A DNA stretch of 46,139 nucleotides from positions 124,001 through 170,139 of the forward strand of contig PPNB01000017.1 in assembly GCA_003707115.1 (NCBI GenBank). The letters are read 5' to 3'. The translations under genes were made by a program, and so were the position numbers. Source of the DNA: Tortispora ganteri (taxonomy: Eukaryota). Below, piece after piece: positions 33,175 through 40,990 of this stretch. The notes below the pieces were generated by a model. That model saw only the letters and a program-made list of their open reading frames with translations. It was not told the origin of the DNA and did not search any database. Position 1 is the first letter of the stretch; each line of letters begins with the position of its first letter.

Positions 33175-34548
33175 AGCTCCCACCTCATAATCTTTTTCAG
33201 GATAAAAAGATCCTATCACTGTTCTGTCATTATATAAAAAGCCAGATAACACATATATCGCGACAGTCGCTTGTGCTGTTTCTTTAAATTCAACATATAC
33301 TCTTCCAAGGGCGGCATTTTCACGGCCAATGCCCAACGGTTGAGGAATATTAACGCTGATAACTTCACCATACTTTTCGCATGTCTTTTTAATATCTTCA
33401 CGGTAAAAAGAAACCAGTTGTTGATCAGTTAAATCGTCAGGGTTAATCATATTAAAAAACACCAATACCCTTGACGGTCTCACCGAGACTGTTGGAGATG
33501 CAGCAGAATTAATGATATATTGTTGCAGCGCAGAGTAGTCGCTATAGTCGGTCACATTCTGAATGGTTCCACGACAGCAGAATTGGACGATGAGGTTGGA
33601 ATTTTCAATTTGAAAGTTGTTGAATTTGGCGATAAATTCAGTAGACTTTTGTTCGTCTTCGAGATCTATGAATGCTGTACCCAGAGAAGAGTTTGGATCT
33701 GATACTGATTTCAGAAGCAAGAATTTGTCGAATGGCATAAATTCATTGAACAGCTGTTTCACTTCAGAATCTGATAGGCGTTCAGGCAGTTGTGAGATGC
33801 ATATTTTTGTAGGGCTTTCAGGGACGTTGTGTTTTGCGATTAGATCATCGGTGCTTTGTGCGGATGAGTTGTTTACGAGAGTGAACGGTTCTGGAGCTAT
33901 GTAGGTTTCTGGCCGTTTCACATCAACGACAAATGATATGCCAGCAAATGACAATGTTGAACCATTGAGGGCAAAGACGCATGTCGCGTCATAAGCCGTT
34001 CTTAACGAGAGTAAGAGATGCGAGCCTTGTAAAGAGGCAGAAACAACCGGATCTGTCGTTCTAGGAGGTTGACCTTCGACCAGGTTTATGGATCTCAAGT
34101 ACATATTAAATGCGTTAATAAGACTCTGCTCTGTGGTGTCAGAGGTGAATCCAGATATTATGAGGTTTCGAGCAGCTCTAGATGTAGAAGGACGTAGAGT
34201 AGAAGGTACCGAAACGCCGGGTATCACTAATCGTTTGAGGATTTCAGAGACTGGGGCATCCGGATGTTCTAACAATCCATTTCGGTTTTCCGTAAATAGA
34301 CCGCTAACTTTTGCTTGTGCTGCAGATATGTTTTCTAGTCCTTCTGGTTTGATGTTCCACCAGGACTGGCTGGGTCTGGGTGGCAGATCAGATTGTCTAG
34401 GAGGGTGACCGCGATAGTTGTTGCGTTTTTGCAGGGTTCGGTCAAACTCTTTAGCAGGTCTAGATCTTTTCACGTGACCGTACCTATCATGTTGTTCACC
34501 AGGACGGCGGTTGTCGCGCGGTCTAACCCGCTTATTGGTGTTGTACAT
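33169..34548 (-). CDS. Splicing factor U2AF large subunit (U2AF65/Prp2/Mud2)
   Basis: R-rich N-terminus, WNIKPEGLENISAAQAKVSGLF, two RRMs, UHM (SRVLVFFNM, GRVYVEF, YNDRTV). Confidence 0.85.
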   Translation of the reverse strand: MYNTNKRVRPRDNRRPGEQHDRYGHVKRSRPAKEFDRTLQKRNNYRGHPPRQSDLPPRPSQSWWNIKPEGLENISAAQAKVSGLFTENRNGLLEHPDAPVSEILKRLVIPGVSVPSTLRPSTSRAARNLIISGFTSDTTEQSLINAFNMYLRSINLVEGQPPRTTDPVVSASLQGSHLLLSLRTAYDATCVFALNGSTLSFAGISFVVDVKRPETYIAPEPFTLVNNSSAQSTDDLIAKHNVPESPTKICISQLPERLSDSEVKQLFNEFMPFDKFLLLKSVSDPNSSLGTAFIDLEDEQKSTEFIAKFNNFQIENSNLIVQFCCRGTIQNVTDYSDYSALQQYIINSAASPTVSVRPSRVLVFFNMINPDDLTDQQLVSFYREDIKKTCEKYGEVISVNIPQPLGIGRENAALGRVYVEFKETAQATVAIYVLSGFLYNDRTVIGSFYPEKDYEVGAL

Positions 34549-34611
34549 CTGGCGTGAAAAAGGCGAAGTGGGAGTGAGTGTAGTTTACACAGTGACACCA
34601 GAGGATTAAGA

Positions 34612-35007
34612 ATGCAAGTGCTAGAGCAAGGGAAGACTGCCGAGGTGGATGTCCAATGGGAAGACCAAGAGAAGATTAACGAGTTTTCGAAGCTGAATAT
34701 CCGGGTATCTAATTTGAATGAGGAGATTGAACAATTGAACAAGAAGAAAGAAACGATCGAAGATGCTGGTCTGGAAATCGAACTCATGAACGAGGACGAG
34801 ATGGTAGCGATGAAAATTGGTACTTCGCTGTTTGAATTGCCACAATTTGAAGTTTTAGAGAGACTAGAGAAGCAAAAAGAAGAAATAGATAGCGAAATTG
34901 ACGGCTATAGTACAGAAATAGATGATCTAAAGACCAAGCTAGCCGACTTGAAGGTGCAGCTGTATGCCAAATTCGGTGATTCTATTAACCTAGAATCAGA
35001 CAGCTAA
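34612..35007 (+). CDS. GIM3: Prefoldin subunit 4
   Basis: EDQEKINEFSKL, KIG, LKVQLYAKFGDSINLE. Confidence 0.95.
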   Translation: MQVLEQGKTAEVDVQWEDQEKINEFSKLNIRVSNLNEEIEQLNKKKETIEDAGLEIELMNEDEMVAMKIGTSLFELPQFEVLERLEKQKEEIDSEIDGYSTEIDDLKTKLADLKVQLYAKFGDSINLESDS

Positions 35008-35142
35008 TTTGGTCTTTTTAGTAAATAAAAAAGGAAAAAACTGCAGCATATTTTGGAGATAAATTTCCAACCTGAATACTTCTCTCCTTACTGTATATGA
35101 ACTAATGTAACTCTTAACTAGTGTAACTTCCCACTCGACACT

Positions 35143-38019
35143 ATGAAGATTTTGAAGCCATCGTGGTTATCGCACCGCGATGAGAATAAATTCTTTGATA
35201 TTTACTCAATAGATATCTCACCGGATGGCAAACGGCTTGCTTCAGGTGGACTGGATGGCAAAGTGTGCCTCTGGAGCACTGATCACGTTCTCGAACTACA
35301 TAACCCGTCCAAGACGCGTCTCCTGTCCAGCATGAGTACACACACTGGTGCCGTTACTAATGTGCGGTTCGCACCGCACGGCAGATATTTGGCTTCCGGT
35401 TCAGACGATAGAGTGGTGCTAATATGGGAACACGACTTAGATGCCGCACCTATGGCCGAATTCGGTGCAACTGAAGCTGAATCCGAACGCTGGATTGTCC
35501 GAAAACGCTGCGTTGGCCACGAAAATGACGTACAAGATCTAGCATGGGCTCCTGATTCCTCTATACTTGTGTCTGTGGGACTAGACTCGGCTATTATTGT
35601 TTGGTCTGGATCTACTTTCGAAAAGCTAAAGCGTATAGACGCGCATCAATCTCTAGTTAAGGGCATCACCTTCGATCCAGCCGGTAAGTTTTTCGCAACT
35701 GCCTCAGACGATCGAACTGTAAAAATATTCCGTTATCATCGATCTTCTCCTACTGAGTTCTCTTTTTCTTTGGAACAGACTATCACTAAACCTTTTGAGA
35801 ACTCTCCTTTAACTACCTATTTCAGACGTCTCTCTTGGTCTCCAGAAGGCAACCACATTGCTGCTGCGAACGCTATAAATGGACCAGTACCTACCGTGGC
35901 CATAATATCCCGTGGCTCTTGGTCTTGTGATATTAGCCTTATTGGCCATGAAGCACCAATTGAAGTCGTAACATTCTCTCCTCGCATATACTCCTCGCTT
36001 TCAGATAAACGTATTCTCGCAACTTACATTGCTGCTGCGGGACAAGACAAATCCGTGTCGGTATGGAACACTACAAATCCGCGCCCCTTGTTTGTTGCTC
36101 AAAATTCTGCAAATAAAACCTTTACTGATTTGCGATGGAGCCCGGATGGTCTCAACCTTTATGCGGCTTCAATGGACGGTTCTATTGTCGTGTTCTGCTT
36201 CCAAGAATCTGAACTAGGACCTGTAGTCCCTATTTCTGAAAACGAGAAGCAGCTTGCGAAATTTGGCGGCGGTGGAGATATGACCCATTTCCCAGAATCA
36301 GTTAAGCAGCTTGAACTAGAAAGAATTGCTGCTGAAAAGGAATCAATCCAGAATGAATCTCGCATGAATGACCTTATGGGTGATTCTGAGAATAAACCAA
36401 TGACTGTTGCTAAACCTGTATTAGCTGAGCCTGTATCGACATCAAAACCAACTCCTTCTCCAGATGTCGCAGAGGCTCGCTCAGATGCCGCTTCAGAATT
36501 ATCTGCTGCAGCTGCTTCTACCGCTGCAACTGCCCCTCATTCTGTGAATCGCAACTCATATAGTTCTTCTGCGACTAACACACCTACAAAACAGAAAGTC
36601 TCAATTACAAAAGATGGACGTAAACGCGTTGCCCCTCAGCTTGTATCAACTAGCAGGAGCCAACAAGACAACGCACTTTCCTCGGCCCCGATTATGACAG
36701 CTCAGCACACTAACCAGCAGTTGGTTACTTCAGATAATAGGACGGCAATAGATTACTCGAAACCTTCTAATGTTCTCCCCTCTGGTGGAATATCTGCGTT
36801 GGTAGTAGGAAACAAGCGCCGATTGAAAGTGACTGAAGATAATGAAAAAGAGAATGGTAATGATACAAAGAAAATTGCGACCGACTCTGTTGAAAAGCTA
36901 TTTCCAGATTATATTCGACCTGCAGTTGTATCGCCTGCACTAGTCATGTCTCACGTGAGATTGGCTACTCCAAAAGTACAAACTGTGATCAATTTCCGTT
37001 CCAACAAATTCCCGTTTGTTCTAGAAATCCGCAATGGGTCAGGATCAGAAAGGGCTCCTACTCGACTCATTCTTTCTGAAAAGGATACTATCATATGGCA
37101 AGATTTCCTGCCGAGAACTGTCATATTAGCTACAGCAAGCTTGAATTTCTGGGCTGCATTGACCGAAGATGGATCTGTTCACATATATTCACCTGCGGGA
37201 AGACGAATATTACCACCCATTGTACTCGAATCGGTGCCCTGTTTTGCGGAATGCAATGACCGATTTTTAATGGTTCTAACTTCGACTGGACAGGTATACG
37301 TCTGGGATATATTAGCGCGCAAAGCGCTGCATGCGCCAGTTTCAGTAGCTGCCATCCTTGACAGTGCCGCATTGTCAGATCATCAGCTTCACAAAGCGCC
37401 TTCTATTACACAATGTGGTATTTCAGAGGCAGGGTCACCACTTATTTCTTTGACAACAGGAGACTCATATGCGTATTCATCGGAAATGTTATCATGGCAT
37501 AGAATCTCTGAATCGTGGTGGGCTGTTGGATCCCAGTACTGGGATTCCAGCGTCGTTCGTAAACTTGGTGGAGTTATTGGGGCAACTGAAAGACGTACCG
37601 ATAGTCAGTTGCTGCTGCAAGGACGAGGAAGACTTCTGCAACGGCTTGTTAAGGCTGCCCAAATGCGTGAAGGATGCGAAAATATCGGTAGCGTGGTCTC
37701 AACGGGCCACTTGGAGAACCGTTTGGGCGTAGCTATTTTGTTGAATCTGTCTGAAGAGTTAAAAAACCATATGCTCATGTATGCACGGCTATTGGCACAG
37801 GAAGGGTTGAAGGATAGACTCGAAGAATTGTTCTCTGAGTTGCTCGGTCCTGGAGATGCTGATCCAAACTGGGACCCTTTATTGTGCGGATATAAGAAGC
37901 AAGATCTACTCCGTGAGATACTTCAAGCTATTGGACGAATTCGAGAAGTCCAGAAAATCACAGTTCCCTATGCTGAGGCATTAGGAATTGTTAAGGATGT
38001 TATGGATGTAGACTCATAG
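35143..38019 (+). CDS. HIR1: HIRA histone chaperone/transcription regulator
   Basis: MKILKPSWLSH, WD40s with FRRLSWSP, B-domain QKVSITKDGRKRVAP, Hira C-domain (GRRILPPIVL, HLENRL). Confidence 0.93.
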   Translation: MKILKPSWLSHRDENKFFDIYSIDISPDGKRLASGGLDGKVCLWSTDHVLELHNPSKTRLLSSMSTHTGAVTNVRFAPHGRYLASGSDDRVVLIWEHDLDAAPMAEFGATEAESERWIVRKRCVGHENDVQDLAWAPDSSILVSVGLDSAIIVWSGSTFEKLKRIDAHQSLVKGITFDPAGKFFATASDDRTVKIFRYHRSSPTEFSFSLEQTITKPFENSPLTTYFRRLSWSPEGNHIAAANAINGPVPTVAIISRGSWSCDISLIGHEAPIEVVTFSPRIYSSLSDKRILATYIAAAGQDKSVSVWNTTNPRPLFVAQNSANKTFTDLRWSPDGLNLYAASMDGSIVVFCFQESELGPVVPISENEKQLAKFGGGGDMTHFPESVKQLELERIAAEKESIQNESRMNDLMGDSENKPMTVAKPVLAEPVSTSKPTPSPDVAEARSDAASELSAAAASTAATAPHSVNRNSYSSSATNTPTKQKVSITKDGRKRVAPQLVSTSRSQQDNALSSAPIMTAQHTNQQLVTSDNRTAIDYSKPSNVLPSGGISALVVGNKRRLKVTEDNEKENGNDTKKIATDSVEKLFPDYIRPAVVSPALVMSHVRLATPKVQTVINFRSNKFPFVLEIRNGSGSERAPTRLILSEKDTIIWQDFLPRTVILATASLNFWAALTEDGSVHIYSPAGRRILPPIVLESVPCFAECNDRFLMVLTSTGQVYVWDILARKALHAPVSVAAILDSAALSDHQLHKAPSITQCGISEAGSPLISLTTGDSYAYSSEMLSWHRISESWWAVGSQYWDSSVVRKLGGVIGATERRTDSQLLLQGRGRLLQRLVKAAQMREGCENIGSVVSTGHLENRLGVAILLNLSEELKNHMLMYARLLAQEGLKDRLEELFSELLGPGDADPNWDPLLCGYKKQDLLREILQAIGRIREVQKITVPYAEALGIVKDVMDVDS

Positions 38020-38069
38020 AAATGAACTGTATGGCTACGCGCTCATTTCTTTATTTGCTGATAAGGAAA

Positions 38070-38451
38070 TGTATTAAGATTTGACCCTAAGTCGGTTTTT
38101 TATGTATAGGCGGGTGATTCATTGACTCTCTAGAAGTAGGGAGGACCACAGGTTCTTCATACAACTTGAAGTAAAGATAAAATATACGATGGTAGGATTG
38201 TTACCTACTAATCCTTCTTCTAGTTCTAACTGTAATACCAAGAGAATGGTTACATAGAACACATATAACTAGAAAGATAATACTGATGTACGATCAGTAT
38301 ATGCCCGATTCGGAGTGAGACAAGAGGTGTATGCATAGCATCCTAATGAATGCCCGAGCAGGGCCTCTAATAAGGGAACGTGCTAGTTTCACGTAACCTT
38401 CAGTTAGGAAACCAGCCAAATATGTTCTCAGTTGCTAAGATATTATCAATA
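38070..38451 (-). repeat. 3' LTR (382 bp)
   Basis: Homologous to 40460-40940 (7 mismatches in the 119-nt core 38153-38271); minus strand reads TATTGA..ATACA. Confidence 0.85.
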
Positions 38452-38458
38452 CTCCCCT
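38452..38458 (-). other. Polypurine tract
   Basis: Minus strand AGGGGAG directly abuts the 3' LTR, as in copia-type elements. Confidence 0.65.
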
Positions 38459-38819
38459 GGATCTACAATACTTCGTCAAGTGGTGTAGATCTTTGATGAA
38501 ATATCTTTTATAGTCCGTACAACTGTTATGGGGTGTTGTATAACTTGATGATTAATCAATGAGGAAACTGTCCTTTGTTCCTGCACCGTACAAGATTTAA
38601 TAATCTTGTCACCATCTAAATGGCACAGGTCAACATAAGTTTCGAGTTTTGCGCCATGCCCATACACATTACTACTGAAGTTCTTACTTTCAGTAATCAT
38701 ATAGTACATTCTGCGTCGGGGGTTGATACGGATGGGTACTGCATGGACGTTGTGATGTTCTTACAACACTTCTCAGAACTATCAACTCCACTATTGAGTG
38801 TCCATGTATGCCTTCTGTC
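38459..38819 (-). pseudogene. Degenerate pol remnant (aspartic-protease-like start)
   Basis: In frame after the gag TAG: DRRHTWTLNSGVDSS, similar to copia W(I/L)LDSGA(S/T); stop at 38697-38699. Confidence 0.5.
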
Positions 38820-39974
38820 CTATTGTGATTTAGCATGGAGGACAGGTTGATTCTTGTCTGCTTTAGCAGGCTTCTTCGGACGCTTCTTGAATTTTTTCTG
38901 CTCAACAACAGCAGGGTTTGCAACAATTCGTTTGGCCATAACCGCCGAAGCTGGTACAGTCTGAAGACCAATTTCTTCATATATTATTTGAATCTTATTG
39001 TCTCGCATGGCTTGAAGTTCACGAAAAGTTTTAGCACTAATACCCGTTCCAATGGTGTGCTTCTCTAGCATTTCAGTGACCCATGTTTTAAATGTTTGGT
39101 CAACTGAGGGATAGTATTGCCAGTTAAGCACCGTGATCCATCTATAAAAGTCATTCCATTCAATCATTTCTAGTAATTTCTCCATACGTTGATGTTCTGG
39201 AAGAATTTCAGAATACTGTTTTCCAATGAACGTAGACCAATCGTTTCCCATATACGAGTAAAATATACGTGTCACGTCTTGCAGAGTAACTCGTTTAAGA
39301 ATTTCCCGTGATCTAGCGTCAAAAGTTGGAAAATCTAGGATGTCCAGGAAATTTCTATAATTTCTCTGTAGAGATTCGGAAGTGATTGAAGAAGCCAGGA
39401 TAGTCATAACTTTCGACGTACACATCCATTCCACCACATAGGATTGAATGTCAGCGAATACTAAGGCCATAGTGGGGCGATTAACAACACTCTTAACAAA
39501 TCTTGGGTGAATATTTCTAGCGAGTAGGGCATTCTCCAATCTGTACAGTAAGTCTGACTCAGTCAAACGAACGTATTCGGCAATCTCTTTTGTACAGAGT
39601 CCAGGAGCAAGCTCTTCTTTCCAGCTCAGATCCATCATCGAGGCGGAAATATCAATTTCGGAAGTAACCTCGCGATACAAGTCTCTCAAAGATATATTCT
39701 TCAGATTATTCATCAAGACTTTCATATTCTTAGTGTACTTCTCGTTTAGACCTGCACTTAAACCTTGGAGTTCAAGTCTATCCATAATCCTCTTTTTCCA
39801 TTCAATATATTCCAGTGAGTTAAAACCAACGCTTAGCTTGATAGCAATTGGTTCTTCAGAGGCATCTGTAATCTGTTTACGCCTCTGTTCCCATGCTTGG
39901 AAAGTAGTTTCAGGGATACGCTTATAGAGGTAAGATTCTTGATTTTCAATATTTTCCTCTCTCGATTCACCCAT
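38820..39974 (-). CDS. gag: Gag-like protein, 384 aa
   Basis: Lies between LTRs downstream of the PBS; N-terminal EYIEWKKRIMDRLELQGL resembles copia NY..WK..M...L...GL; basic C-terminus KKFKKRPKK; no CCHC knuckle. Confidence 0.75.
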   Translation of the reverse strand: MGESREENIENQESYLYKRIPETTFQAWEQRRKQITDASEEPIAIKLSVGFNSLEYIEWKKRIMDRLELQGLSAGLNEKYTKNMKVLMNNLKNISLRDLYREVTSEIDISASMMDLSWKEELAPGLCTKEIAEYVRLTESDLLYRLENALLARNIHPRFVKSVVNRPTMALVFADIQSYVVEWMCTSKVMTILASSITSESLQRNYRNFLDILDFPTFDARSREILKRVTLQDVTRIFYSYMGNDWSTFIGKQYSEILPEHQRMEKLLEMIEWNDFYRWITVLNWQYYPSVDQTFKTWVTEMLEKHTIGTGISAKTFRELQAMRDNKIQIIYEEIGLQTVPASAVMAKRIVANPAVVEQKKFKKRPKKPAKADKNQPVLHAKSQ

Positions 39975-40097
39975 GTTGATAGTTGAACCAGTATATGAGA
40001 AAATTATATTATCTGACTTGGGGAGAAGAATGGAATTCTATATCACACATTACATCCCTTTTCAAATCCTCATTTTCTGTGATAAGCGAAAGATTTC

Positions 40098-40169
40098 AGG
40101 TTCGACCCCTGGCGGCTAGGTTGCTAGAGGTTCAACCCCTGGCGGTTAGCTCGCTAGAAGTTCAACCCT
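40098..40169. repeat. 30-bp tandem repeat x2.4 in the retroelement leader
   Basis: aggttcgacccctggcggctaggttgctag / aggttcaacccctggcggttagctcgctag / aagttcaaccct. Confidence 0.9.
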
Positions 40170-40427
40170 GCAACGAATGGTAGCTTTCTAATAAGAACTT
40201 AGATCACAATAAAGGTTTTGTTGGACGCCAACGTAATAATTCTTTGTCCCTATTGGGTCACCTACTATTCCAGTGAAACTAGAGTTAATCAATAGACTTT
40301 ACTTAGGCAAAATTATTCAACGTAGGTAGGGAACTCGTTAAGCCATGATTCCCCACCCCAAGTCACTCATCAGGCATACAACGCCACTTCACAGTTGTAC
40401 TGACTGTGAAGACATCAGTGACTGATG

Positions 40428-40459
40428 TAGCTGTGGAAGAGCAATTGAGACTCTTAATC
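40428..40459 (-). other. Primer-binding site complementary to the 5' half of tRNA-Lys(CUU)
   Basis: Plus strand TAGCTGTGGAAGAGCAATTGAGACTCTTAATC abuts the LTR; GACTCTTAATC is the tRNA-Lys(CUU) anticodon stem-loop sequence. Confidence 0.75.
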
Positions 40460-40940
40460 TGTTATTAATGTTTGACTCTAAGTTGTTATTTAGCCGGGTA
40501 AGTCATTGACTCAGTAGAAGTAGAGGATCGTACGTTCTTCATACAACCTAAAGTAAAGATAAATTATATGATGGTAGGATTGTTACCCACTAATCCTTCT
40601 TCTAGTTCTACCTGTAATACCAAGAGAATGTTTACATAGAACACATATAACTATGAAAGATAACACCGATGTCCGATCCGGTGTGAGACAAGAGGAAGTC
40701 ATAAGTATGCGTAGCATCCTTATGGAGTCCGAGCAGGGCCTCTAATAAAGGAACCTGGTAGTTTCAAGTAACCTAAGATTCACCTCACGCATGCTATACT
40801 AGAATGATCTAACACTCGTAAGCTTACTGCTTGCGATTGTCTAAAGTTCAAGGTAGGTTAGGTGCGTCCTTTTATAGGATTGGAATAAGGATTAGGGAAC
40901 CTAGCCAGATAGGTTCTCAGTTGCTAAGATAATATCAACC
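40460..40940 (-). repeat. 5' LTR (481 bp) with TATA box
   Basis: Homologous to 38070-38451; minus strand reads GGTTGA..TAACA; TATAAAA at 40876-40870. Confidence 0.85.
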
Positions 40941-40990
40941 AAAGGCCACCTCCCACCTGTCAACCCACCTTCTTCATATTCAGCATTATT

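Larger units (their letters stand above)
38070..40940 (-). mobile_element. Internally deleted, non-autonomous Ty1/copia-like LTR retroelement (gag plus pol remnant)
   Basis: Direct repeats at both ends, PBS after the 5' LTR, PPT before the 3' LTR, gag-like ORF, protease-like remnant; no RT or IN. Confidence 0.85.

Noticed and set aside
38476..38980. ORFs 38476-38709 and 38690-38980 as independent genes
   Set aside because: Alternative frames within the gag end and pol remnant; no RT, IN or RNase H motifs recognised
40098..40169. CRISPR-like array
   Set aside because: Eukaryotic context, no unique spacers, no cas genes
40080..40170. tRNA gene suggested by GGTTCGACCCC
   Set aside because: No cloverleaf or properly spaced A-box; the motif is part of a tandem repeat
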